Source: Candidatus Cloacimonadales bacterium (GTDB taxonomy: Bacteria; Cloacimonadota; Cloacimonadia; Cloacimonadales; JAFGVF01). From it: DNA of 64,000 nt. A program made the position numbers and the translations under genes. Numbering within the stretch: position 1 is the stretch's first letter; the number at the start of each line of letters is the position of its first letter. The notes beneath the pieces are model-generated. The model was given only the letters and a program-made list of their open reading frames with translations. It was not told the DNA's origin and did not search any database. The stretch covers positions 2,123,845 to 2,187,844 of the forward strand of contig OY782781.1 in assembly GCA_963678315.1 (NCBI GenBank), in the 5' to 3' direction. This document shows positions 54,253 to 63,337 of this stretch, piece by piece.

Positions 54253-55212
54253 TTAAAACTTATCATTTTGTTGAATCTCTTTAGCAATGCCTTTTTTTTT
54301 CAATTCATCATAACTACCTAATCTTTCGTTATAGGAACCGTTGAAGCTATCTAAGTCTTTTTGCTTAATTTCTGTCTTTAGTTTGCTTTTATCAATTTGT
54401 ACAACTCCTTGAGGCCAGATAGGAAATTCGACTACTTGTATATTGTTTGAACTTGTTATAATGAATTCTATAAAAAAAAAGCTGTGCTTATTACCTTGAT
54501 TAATAAAAACAACTAAAAGACAATAGCTTTGTTCATCAATATACTGTAATTTACATGACTTCATTTCTTTAAATTTAATCTTTGAGAAGTCATTAATTTT
54601 AGCATTTTTTAAATATCGTTTCATAGAAGATAAATCATTATTATTAAGTGAGTTCTTTAGTTTATGTATGAAGTTATTAATCTTAAGTGTAAGGTTAGTA
54701 TAGGGTAATAACTTAAAAAATAGGGTCTTATTATCAATCAGATGATAAAGCTCAATTTCATTAGTATACTTATATATTATTTCTCTGACTTTACTCTCTT
54801 TAAGTTTAAATCTCTGGGCAATTTTAGCTTTTGATTCTTTCTCTATATAGAAATACTCTAATATTCTTCTTTCTCTATCTTTATGTGCAAGAAAAAGATA
54901 TTTACTAAAATCAATCTCAAAATCTATAATTTCACTACTATTTTCTTGATTTTTATTTGAAAAAAAATCAAGTTTATCTTCTTCTACATGAACGGCTAAT
55001 AATCTTTTTTGCTTAGTAAAATAATCATTACATAAGTTAGTAACTACCTTTCTAATCCATCCTTTAGGATTAGCAATCTCTATTACTCTTGAAATCTTTA
55101 CAAGCTTAACCAGACAATCACTTGCAAAATCCTCAGCTAATTCATAATCATTAACTATTTTATAAGCAGTTACCTTTGCAGATTCAAAATACTCTTTAAA
55201 ACTATTAACCAT
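54253..55212 (-). CDS. Sigma-70 family (ECF-like) sigma factor with ~150-aa C-terminal extension
   Basis: 319 aa. Region 2-like ELAEDFASDCLVKLVK..PKGWIRKVVTNLCNDYFTKQKR. Region 4-like RRILEYFYIEKESKAKIAQRFKLKESKVREIIYK. The extension has no recognised domain. Confidence 0.65.
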   Translation of the reverse strand: MVNSFKEYFESAKVTAYKIVNDYELAEDFASDCLVKLVKISRVIEIANPKGWIRKVVTNLCNDYFTKQKRLLAVHVEEDKLDFFSNKNQENSSEIIDFEIDFSKYLFLAHKDRERRILEYFYIEKESKAKIAQRFKLKESKVREIIYKYTNEIELYHLIDNKTLFFKLLPYTNLTLKINNFIHKLKNSLNNNDLSSMKRYLKNAKINDFSKIKFKEMKSCKLQYIDEQSYCLLVVFINQGNKHSFFFIEFIITSSNNIQVVEFPIWPQGVVQIDKSKLKTEIKQKDLDSFNGSYNERLGSYDELKKKGIAKEIQQNDKF

Positions 55213-55304
55213 CGCTAGCCTCTCGTAAAATTTTATGTATCAATCAAATAGAGCAAACTAATAAAAATATTGTTTTTTTTAGAGTCTATGTAACAGGAGG
55301 AGAT

Positions 55305-55502
55305 ATGAAAAAAATAATCTCATTACTGTTAGTGTTAAGTTTTGTCGTGTTGGTATTTGCCAGTCAAGTTAATTATGAACTATATCCAGAAATTACATGG
55401 ATAGAGGTCGGATCTCAAAATTACGAAGTTATTTATGATGACCCAAATGATGATTATATTGCTATAGTTATTAATGGAGAAATATTTATAGTTAAAAAGT
55501 AA
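55305..55502 (+). CDS. Small secreted protein
   Basis: 65 aa. Signal peptide MKKIISLLLVLSFVVLVFA. RBS GGAGGAG. Confidence 0.55.
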   Translation: MKKIISLLLVLSFVVLVFASQVNYELYPEITWIEVGSQNYEVIYDDPNDDYIAIVINGEIFIVKK

Positions 55503-55754
55503 ATGTTGCAGTTATAGTAATCCTTGTATATTAAGGATTTAGTTAGTTACAACAAAACTAGGAGCTAAACAAAAAACAAAAAAAGGAGTAATAAAAAAAT
55601 GCACAAAAGGAATATTTTAATATTGTTTAGTAGTCTGTTTTATCTTCTATCATAGGGCATTGTTATCAATTAGATGGTATAATGCAATAATAACTTTACA
55701 AATTTAGAAGATCTTAAATTACTTTAATAAATAATGAAGAATAAGGAGTATAGT

Positions 55755-56489
55755 ATGAAATTAAGATTAATATTATTGATGTTATTTTATGTTTTAGGTA
55801 CTAATCTATTTTGCGATAATAATGAATCAATACTCAAAAGTGGTAACAAAAAAAAACAGATTGCAGGTTATATTCAATTATTGTCTCAAATACGGTTTGG
55901 TAATGACCTAAAACTTGGAGATCGAGTAGTTTATTGTTATAAAGCAGAAGGTAATAATGATAGTGTTCACTCTTTAGAAATAATGTCAAAAGATGATAAC
56001 AACATGGTTATATTGGAAGAGTTTGATGGCAATAGCGTCTATGTTAGAATGAACAGCAACACTAAAGAGGTCTTAGCTATTTGGGGAACTGATGAATTTG
56101 GTCAAGATCAAGTTTTAAATGTTTTATCAAAAAATGAGTTAACCATCTTCGAAGATGAAATTAGTGAAATGTTTAATGTTGCTGATTCCATTTTGCAAAT
56201 TAATGAAAGTTTTTATTTTGATGCTAACACTGAAATCAAACAAGTCGATCAAAACTCTAGAGTAAATACAATTGATGTAAAAATGGATATTACCAAAACA
56301 AAGATTCCTGAAGAGATATCCCAAGAAGTAATAAAGGAAAACAGGTTAGTTTTATCAAGTGATGTTCCTAAAATGCTACCTTTAATCCCTGTTGCTCTAA
56401 GTAATTATAACAAAAGGGGTCTTCTCAAACAATACGATTATGGATTTGTTGAGAATAACATATTGGAATTGAGGAGCTATCGAAAATGA
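55755..56489 (+). CDS. Secreted protein, unknown function
   Basis: Start preferred at MKLRLILLMLF (ATG 55755; RBS AAGGAG 7 nt upstream). Signal peptide present. 4-nt overlap with the next gene. Confidence 0.65.
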   Translation: MKLRLILLMLFYVLGTNLFCDNNESILKSGNKKKQIAGYIQLLSQIRFGNDLKLGDRVVYCYKAEGNNDSVHSLEIMSKDDNNMVILEEFDGNSVYVRMNSNTKEVLAIWGTDEFGQDQVLNVLSKNELTIFEDEISEMFNVADSILQINESFYFDANTEIKQVDQNSRVNTIDVKMDITKTKIPEEISQEVIKENRLVLSSDVPKMLPLIPVALSNYNKRGLLKQYDYGFVENNILELRSYRK

Positions 56490-57568
56490 AAAGCTTTAAA
56501 ATTATAATAATCGCCTTGTTTATTATTATCATTATATTACTTGCTGGATGTGATTTTAAATTATATAATGACCCCGAAGTTGATGAGGGTGCTTGGAGAG
56601 AGGATTTCATTGCTATAATGAACATTGATGGTTCTGATGTTGAACTTATACAATCACAACATCAGAATTACTTTGCAGGTGCAAGAAGACCTTATTTTGT
56701 GAAAGACTTAGCTGGAAACAGTGAAGAAGAGGTTATTCTCTTAGACTTTCAAGATAAAATAGATATCATGTCGCTTGATGGAGAAAATAGAAGAACTATT
56801 ATTGATTCATTGGGTGGTGTACAATATTTTAATCAAGATAGAACAAAAATGATTCTTCTTCATAATGGTAAGGTTTATCTATCAAGTGTAGATGGATCTA
56901 AAGTTGAAAAAATTTCACTTAGTTCTATTACTCGTGGTTATAATCCATCATTTGCTAAAGATGAAGAGACAATTTTATACAATTATATTGTGAGAAATGA
57001 TACAACTACTACTGAGTTAGGTTTAGTTGAATATAATATTTATACAAACAACTCTCAAGTTATTTTGAACACAGTAGTACAAGAAGATCTTCTATTTAAT
57101 CCAGCATATCAATATCCGAGTAGAATCAATGAAAATGTAATTGTTTATCGGTACGATTATAACAAGTTTGAAAATGAGGAAGTGATCAGTAGTCATGATT
57201 TTAGAGAACATGACTTGGTGACAAATGAAATAGATATTTTGATTGAGGGGTATATAAATCTCAAGTACTCAAATTTGAATGAGTTTGTAACATTTGAGCG
57301 TGGAAATGATAGGAATATATATTTGTTAAACATAGAGACACAATCAACTATATCTTTTGAAACAAGTCTTTATGATATTGAAGATGCAAGTTTCAGCTCT
57401 GATGATCGTTATCTGATGCTAAATGAAACTATCTATGATACACATTTAGATTCTACTTTTATTTTAGAAGACAGTGACTTTTTTGGTAAATATCATAATA
57501 TTTCTAAAACTAGCATGAATTCAGATAACACAAAAATTGTGGGAATTGTAGGTTTCTTACATTACTAA
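56486..57568 (+). CDS. Lipoprotein with TolB/PD40-like beta-propeller repeats
   Basis: 360 aa with lipobox LLAGC. Recurrent DGSDVELI / DGENRRTII / DGSKVEKI / SDDRYLM blade-like motifs. Confidence 0.6.
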   Translation: MKSFKIIIIALFIIIIILLAGCDFKLYNDPEVDEGAWREDFIAIMNIDGSDVELIQSQHQNYFAGARRPYFVKDLAGNSEEEVILLDFQDKIDIMSLDGENRRTIIDSLGGVQYFNQDRTKMILLHNGKVYLSSVDGSKVEKISLSSITRGYNPSFAKDEETILYNYIVRNDTTTTELGLVEYNIYTNNSQVILNTVVQEDLLFNPAYQYPSRINENVIVYRYDYNKFENEEVISSHDFREHDLVTNEIDILIEGYINLKYSNLNEFVTFERGNDRNIYLLNIETQSTISFETSLYDIEDASFSSDDRYLMLNETIYDTHLDSTFILEDSDFFGKYHNISKTSMNSDNTKIVGIVGFLHY

Positions 57569-57581
57569 ACAGGAGGGGAAA

Positions 57582-60500
57582 ATGAAAAATAAGATTTTAA
57601 TTATAATAATAATACTAACATTTATATATAATATTGCAGCTTTTACTACTGAATATCCAGTAGTTGATCCTTTAAGTGCAGAATGGCAAGAAGCAGGATT
57701 GGATGGGGATGTACCTGTTCATCAAGAAGATGTTACTATATCTATATCAGAAATAGAAAATTTCGATTTGAGTGGTATATTAAATGTAGGGCAGGCAGAC
57801 GAGATATACCCTTCTCCAACTAACATTGTTAGACTGTTGTTACCTCCAGGAGAATTCAATCTTACGCAACCAATTGAACTTCAATCTTACATAATTCTAA
57901 AAGGTAATCATCAATTTAGGAGAGATGAGGATAGAGCCCAAAGAACTACTTTAAATTTTAATCTTGGGGATAATAAAAATTGCATTAATGTTGGTAGTAA
58001 TACAGAAACTATGGAGAAAGTTGGTATTGAAGATTTATGGATTGTTAGGCAAGACAATAGTGACTCTGCAAATACTAATACTGGTAATAATATACATTTT
58101 TCACATACTAATAATTGTTGGGTAATAGGTGTTGAAAGCACAACTCCCGTTACAAGTCACATAAGAATGATAGAATCAAATCATAATTATGTCGCCGGAT
58201 GTTACTTTGATAATGCTCATAGACATGGAGATGGAGGACAAGGTTACGGAGCTTTTATCGAGTATAATAGTCACCATATTCTTGTCGAAAACAATATCTT
58301 TAGAAGACTACGACATTCTATGGTAGTTCAGAATGGTGCACATCACAATGTTTTTGGATATAATACTGTAAAAAAATCCGAAAATACTTCAATTGAAGAT
58401 TGGGGTCCAGATGGAGTAGCACCATGGATGGAGAACTTTGCTAAATGGATTATGAGCAGTATTGTACCTGGAGACTATACCGGTGATTTGATATGCCACG
58501 GAGAATCTTCTCAACATTATGGAGGACCTTATGAGGGACCTTATGAAAACTTATTTGAAGGTAATGTCTGTAATTCAATACAAATAGATTCATTCTGGGG
58601 CCAGAACAAAAAACATAACACTTTTTTTAGAAACAAATCCAGTAAATATGGTATTGCTATTTATCCAAAATTGAAGGGATCTTTTGATATACAAGATGAA
58701 TCAGAAAAACAAACAGAGCAGATAACTATTAACAATTATTGTAAATCGAGACAACATTGGACAGACGCTGGACCTCTGTATATGGCAGGAGGAGGGGCTA
58801 CTGCTCTAGGGGCTACACTTTTATCTTTCATTCCAGAGGTTGGTCCCATCTTAGCGTTTGATTTCATTCTTTATGGCCTTAAAACAACAATAGATTATGC
58901 AAATTTTGGATATAAGTTAACTAATGGAAGGGGATTTGATGTAAAGCCTATTGAAAAAAATAATATAGTTAAAAGAATGAATTTTTGGGGTAACTATTAT
59001 ACAAGAACATGGACAGATGATGATTATGGTTCAGATTCTAAAGCTTGGGATGATGAATCATATTATCGAACAGATATACCTGACTTTTGGGCTACAAGTT
59101 TAGAAAGTAGTTGGCCTTATCATCCTAAAAATTCCGATTCAATACCTTCAGAATTTAGATACAATGCCTTTGATAAAAAGACAGTATCAAGATATGATGA
59201 TCCGAGCTATCTTCAAACATATTATATTACTGAAGATACTGAAATCCCATATGATTTGGTTGATGACTTAAGTTCACAAACTGGCAATCTTCATGTCCCA
59301 GAGAATACATTGTTAATAATAGACTCGAGCTCTTCAACTGATGGAATAACTCTAAGTTTTGAACGAAATAGTTTAATGGGAATAAGTGGGGCTGTTATGG
59401 TTAGAGGAACAAGTGATAAGCCTGTTACTTTTACTAATCTTCAACCAACTACTAATGATAATGATAGATGGTATGGAATATATATAGGAAAAGAAGCTAG
59501 AGCAACATTTGATGATTCTTCATTTGAATGGGCAGTTTTTGAAAATGCAAAAGGTTCTAGCGGTTCCTCTGGTGGAGCTTTTAATTTTGATAATAATTTT
59601 TCAAATTTAGACTACACTGTAACTTTCGATAATTGTATCTTTAGGAATAATTTATCTCCAAGTGTTCCTGAATCAACAAATATTAATAATGGTGATGGTG
59701 GTGCTATCTTTATTAAAAACCGTAATGACGATGATATGATACATACTGTCTTTAATAATTGTAGTTTCCTTAATAATAATTCAGCATTTGATGGTGGTGC
59801 TATATACGCTGACGGTGCTCCTCCAATAATTATGAATTGCTATTTTGAAGACAATCAAGCTAGAAGAGGTGGTGCTATATCTATCCTTGGGAATGATGAT
59901 AACAGGGACATTGTAATAGCTGGATCTGTTTTTAATAACAACAGTGCTAATGATAACTATGGTGCTGTATATATAGAACAGAGCAAAACCCATGATTCTT
60001 CAAGTTATAATACTTTCATCCAAAATAATACATTTGTAAATAATACTGCACTTTCGGGTTTTGGTGGCGGAATATCAATGAAAAATGTAAGCAAATCTGT
60101 TTATTTTATTAACAATATCTTTAGAGATAATTATGCTACTAATAGTTCTGCAGTCTATGGTGTTGGACATTCAATATTATATTTATTACATGATAATTTA
60201 GTTAATAATCATGAGGTAGTTTTTGAATCAAATTCGATAGAAGGGTTTAATTTAATAGATAATCCTTCTAATGACTATATCTCATATGCAAGTTATAATG
60301 ATAATTATGTATATTCTTCTATGAATCTAAACTACACTGCCAACAATAATATTTACAGTAATCCTTTAATATACGATAATATTAAAATTGATACTTTTTC
60401 ACCATGCTTTAATAGTGGTTTCTTACCTTCTGAGAATGAAGATGCAACTGTTTTTTGTTCATTACCACATGATATTGCTGGAATGAATAGAATAGCTGGA

Positions 60501-62033
60501 GGATCAATTGATATCGGAGCTTTTGAGTTTAATGAAGTTTATATTGATATAGATACTGAGGAGATAGTATTGGGTAATATAAATCCTGATTCTCCTAGAG
60601 AATTTAAATTCAGAATTATAAACACAAGTGATAACACAACGATATCAAATATTACTATTGATGTATCTGAAGATTTAGGTGATGTACTAGTATTTGACAA
60701 TCATCTAAATGAGCTTACTCCAAACTCCAGTATGACTATCATTGGTAATTTTTATCCTACTAGCATGTATAAAACTTATAATGGATTTATCAGTATTAAA
60801 TCAGATAATATCATGAATACCGATATCTCAATTCCATTCAATGCTAATACTCATATACATTCTGCTTGGAACTGGGTTTCTTTCCCAACCGTAAGTGGAA
60901 GTATGAATAATAATCAACTGTTTGAGACAATTGATCCATATGGGATTAGTATTATGTATAAAAATGATTATGCAACATTAGATAGTAATGGATGGAGTGT
61001 AAATGGGCTTGATACAATCTATAGTTCAGCTTTCTACAAAATTAATATGGTAGATTATTCAAAGCAATATGATATTCCATATAATATGGAAAACACACAG
61101 ACTTCAATTAATTTATATCCAGGTGTAGATAACTGGGTAGGGTATTGGTTGGATGAAAGTAAGAACATGAAAGATGCATTTGGAGATAATTTTGATAAAG
61201 TAACATCTATGAAATCTGAGAAATGGAGTTATGCTCCAATTCCTATCAATCCCAGAAAAGATCTCAATATTACTACACCACCTAGTTGGATAACTCACAC
61301 ATTGCACAAGGGGAGAGGTTATATTGTAAGAGTAAATGAAACTATACAAGGGTTTAGTTGGGAAAATTCAGGAACACAATACTTAATGAAGGGGGCAACA
61401 CCTAAATTAGAACATTATAATTTCAAGACTACAGATGATTATATGGTGATGGACATAATCAATATTGATGATAATATAACAGAAATTGGTGCATTCCAAG
61501 AAGATGTTTGTGTTGGGGCTACTGCTGTTGCTGATAATCAAGCACAACTATTATTATACCCAAGTGCCGCTAAGAGTAATAATCTAGACTTGAGAATCGA
61601 GTATATAAGTGAGAATAAGAGTAATACAGTTGATAATATTTATGTATATGACTTTAAGAGAAATGATTTTGATGCTTCATATAACTTAACCCTCGAAAAA
61701 TCATATTACTTGGTCTCTTTTAATGACCCATATTCTGATAATAATGTAACTACTCCAAAATTAAGGTTATATGGTAATTATCCAAACCCATTTAACCCTG
61801 AGACAAATATAACATTTGATATACAATGTGATTCAAAGGTAAAACTTGAGATCTATAATATCAAAGGTCAGAAGGTAAAAACACTTATTGATAGTAGATT
61901 GTCTGCTGGTAATCACAGTGCAATTTGGAATGGGACAAACTCAAGTAACAAGTCTGTGGCTTCTGGTGTTTACTTCTACAAACTTAAATCGGATGGTAAG
62001 GAGTTAACCAAGAAGATGATTCTTCTAAAATAG
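57582..62033 (+). CDS. Giant secreted right-handed beta-helix / polymorphic-membrane-protein (PMP)-repeat protein with T9SS C-terminal sorting domain
   Basis: 1483 aa with a signal peptide. Beta-helix segments (NNIFRRLRHSMVVQNGAHHNVFGYN). PMP-like GGA[IV] + FxxN repeats (GDGGAIFIKN, FDGGAIYADG, RRGGAISILG, GFGGGISMKN; FRNN, FLNN, FNNN, FVNN). C-terminal YPNPFNPETNITF..IKGQKVKT..ASGVYFYKLK. Confidence 0.85.
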   Translation: MKNKILIIIIILTFIYNIAAFTTEYPVVDPLSAEWQEAGLDGDVPVHQEDVTISISEIENFDLSGILNVGQADEIYPSPTNIVRLLLPPGEFNLTQPIELQSYIILKGNHQFRRDEDRAQRTTLNFNLGDNKNCINVGSNTETMEKVGIEDLWIVRQDNSDSANTNTGNNIHFSHTNNCWVIGVESTTPVTSHIRMIESNHNYVAGCYFDNAHRHGDGGQGYGAFIEYNSHHILVENNIFRRLRHSMVVQNGAHHNVFGYNTVKKSENTSIEDWGPDGVAPWMENFAKWIMSSIVPGDYTGDLICHGESSQHYGGPYEGPYENLFEGNVCNSIQIDSFWGQNKKHNTFFRNKSSKYGIAIYPKLKGSFDIQDESEKQTEQITINNYCKSRQHWTDAGPLYMAGGGATALGATLLSFIPEVGPILAFDFILYGLKTTIDYANFGYKLTNGRGFDVKPIEKNNIVKRMNFWGNYYTRTWTDDDYGSDSKAWDDESYYRTDIPDFWATSLESSWPYHPKNSDSIPSEFRYNAFDKKTVSRYDDPSYLQTYYITEDTEIPYDLVDDLSSQTGNLHVPENTLLIIDSSSSTDGITLSFERNSLMGISGAVMVRGTSDKPVTFTNLQPTTNDNDRWYGIYIGKEARATFDDSSFEWAVFENAKGSSGSSGGAFNFDNNFSNLDYTVTFDNCIFRNNLSPSVPESTNINNGDGGAIFIKNRNDDDMIHTVFNNCSFLNNNSAFDGGAIYADGAPPIIMNCYFEDNQARRGGAISILGNDDNRDIVIAGSVFNNNSANDNYGAVYIEQSKTHDSSSYNTFIQNNTFVNNTALSGFGGGISMKNVSKSVYFINNIFRDNYATNSSAVYGVGHSILYLLHDNLVNNHEVVFESNSIEGFNLIDNPSNDYISYASYNDNYVYSSMNLNYTANNNIYSNPLIYDNIKIDTFSPCFNSGFLPSENEDATVFCSLPHDIAGMNRIAGGSIDIGAFEFNEVYIDIDTEEIVLGNINPDSPREFKFRIINTSDNTTISNITIDVSEDLGDVLVFDNHLNELTPNSSMTIIGNFYPTSMYKTYNGFISIKSDNIMNTDISIPFNANTHIHSAWNWVSFPTVSGSMNNNQLFETIDPYGISIMYKNDYATLDSNGWSVNGLDTIYSSAFYKINMVDYSKQYDIPYNMENTQTSINLYPGVDNWVGYWLDESKNMKDAFGDNFDKVTSMKSEKWSYAPIPINPRKDLNITTPPSWITHTLHKGRGYIVRVNETIQGFSWENSGTQYLMKGATPKLEHYNFKTTDDYMVMDIINIDDNITEIGAFQEDVCVGATAVADNQAQLLLYPSAAKSNNLDLRIEYISENKSNTVDNIYVYDFKRNDFDASYNLTLEKSYYLVSFNDPYSDNNVTTPKLRLYGNYPNPFNPETNITFDIQCDSKVKLEIYNIKGQKVKTLIDSRLSAGNHSAIWNGTNSSNKSVASGVYFYKLKSDGKELTKKMILLK

Positions 62034-62110
62034 TGTCATATGATCTCATGAGCTATAGAGTCCTGTTATAAAGGGTTTTATAAGGAATGATCAAAATGAT
62101 AAAGATACTT

Positions 62111-62145
62111 AAAGGCACAGCATTAGTTGTGCCTTTTATATTATA
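62111..62145 (+). terminator. Intrinsic terminator after the 1483-aa gene
   Basis: 9-bp stem AAAGGCACA / TGTGCCTTT (62111-62119 / 62128-62136) followed by TATATTAT. About 75 nt after the stop. Confidence 0.65.
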
Positions 62146-62493
62146 ATACTATATTGGTGATTGTCCCATATCTATTTTTTCTTCAACAGCGATGTATTAT
62201 CCTTGGAGTTTTATTGGCTCTTGTTTAAGCCTACGAGAAGCATACTGTCTCTAATGATGATCAATAAAGCATTTATTGAACTTATTAATTATAAACAATA
62301 ACTTTAATTACTTATATTACAGGGCTATAATACTTTAACTATTCATATAAAAACTGTTCCTACACTTAAGTTGAAGTTGAACTTGAACCGTTTTATTTGT
62401 TGAAATGTCATTCCCTATAACATTCATCCTAAAGGATTTTACAACTCTGGTGGTGAAACTACAGAGTAGTTAAAAGTATTAAAAGCTACTCTT

Positions 62494-62886
62494 ATGCTCC
62501 ATAATTTAACTATCATTTCAGTGTCTGAAGGAACTATCAAATTAGTCAATAAAGCAGACTCTAACACAAATCTAATTGTGGTTGAAAAGGCTGATGTGAT
62601 AGAGTTTAAACGTAAAAGAATAAATCGTACAGTACCTGATACTTCCATCCTAGATTGTTTAATTGGTGATTTGAAACTCTTGAAAAACATTTTATCAGAT
62701 TCTTACATTGAACTTTTAAGTCAGATTTGGGAGCTAACATCCACTATCGACAATCTTGAGAAGTACACTATCTCACTGTTTGATAGAATACAAATTGAAG
62801 ATAAACAATACAAGGTTACTGAGATTCAACGAGATACAAAAGAAAATGAATACAAATTAAAAGCATGGGAGTTACCTAATGTTTAA
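62494..62886 (+). CDS. Phage protein, unknown
   Basis: 130 aa, coupled to the next ORF. No convincing RBS; the ORF opens only 24 nt upstream, so it may be a 5'-truncated remnant. Confidence 0.45.
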   Translation: MLHNLTIISVSEGTIKLVNKADSNTNLIVVEKADVIEFKRKRINRTVPDTSILDCLIGDLKLLKNILSDSYIELLSQIWELTSTIDNLEKYTISLFDRIQIEDKQYKVTEIQRDTKENEYKLKAWELPNV

Positions 62887-63328
62887 GTTTGATGGTTTTA
62901 GAATCATCTCAATAACTGATGGTATAGTAGATGGTTATGTAGTTCCAGATGCAACAGTTGAGTATCAGCCTGAAATCAAATACAGGATAGAAAAGAAGAA
63001 TGCTTTTGATCCAACTATCATTATTAAAAGAGATCCTTATCATGATGACCAGATTGAATGCGAAGCTATACTATTACCAACTGAATACAACACTCTATGT
63101 AGTCATTTAACAACTGCTGATCAACTATTTATAGAGTTTGATACAGCAAGCCAAACTTTACAATTTCCAGTTACAGTCGATAAACTACCAAAACTTGAAG
63201 ATGAAACCAGATCATTTAAAAGCCAAGTTAAATTCACACTTAGTTCAATCTATACCTCTCTTGAATTCATAGACTTTGATAATGTCTTTGGCTATGGAAA
63301 TGACTGGGGTGAGAACTGGGGATTTTAG
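62879..63328 (+). CDS. Phage protein, unknown (tail/baseplate-associated by position)
   Basis: 149 aa, immediately upstream of the tail-fibre-like gene. Confidence 0.5.
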   Translation: MFKFDGFRIISITDGIVDGYVVPDATVEYQPEIKYRIEKKNAFDPTIIIKRDPYHDDQIECEAILLPTEYNTLCSHLTTADQLFIEFDTASQTLQFPVTVDKLPKLEDETRSFKSQVKFTLSSIYTSLEFIDFDNVFGYGNDWGENWGF

Positions 63329-63337
63329 GAGAAAAAT

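Noticed and set aside
54251-54321. C-terminal 24 residues of track ORF 53611-54321.
   Set aside because: This is read-through into the antisense of the sigma-factor gene after portal similarity ends. I treat it as the scar of a truncation, not real coding sequence.
28584-55754. Longest-ORF start codons at 28634, 30876, 32983, 35581, 51742 and 55734.
   Set aside because: In each case an internal ATG is preceded at 5-8 nt by a clear AGGAG-type RBS, and/or gives a canonical N-terminus (GxGxxG fold, signal peptide, HTH). The upstream extension has no RBS or overlaps the upstream gene or a hairpin.
693-61349. Short ORFs antisense to or nested in long genes: 693-878, 2397-2579, 3515-3742, 5941-6135, 6509-6766, 7647-7877, 11917-12165, 12618-12872, 20632-21027, 20720-20923, 22782-23099, 23011-23265, 23535-23720, 29636-29860, 30287-30523, 30887-31099, 32322-32750, 36466-36732, 38664-38873, 42021-42239, 42621-42995, 47433-47693, 47858-48058, 48823-49044, 49912-50130, 53244-53450, 56139-56324, 56425-56625, 57911-58141, 59781-59993, 61113-61349.
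   Set aside because: Each is fully overlapped by a longer ORF with recognisable domains or operon coupling, lacks an RBS and has low-complexity or odd composition. They are typical shadow ORFs in AT-rich DNA.
62439-62690. 83-aa minus-strand ORF.
   Set aside because: It is antisense to ORF 62494-62886, which is translationally coupled to the following phage genes.
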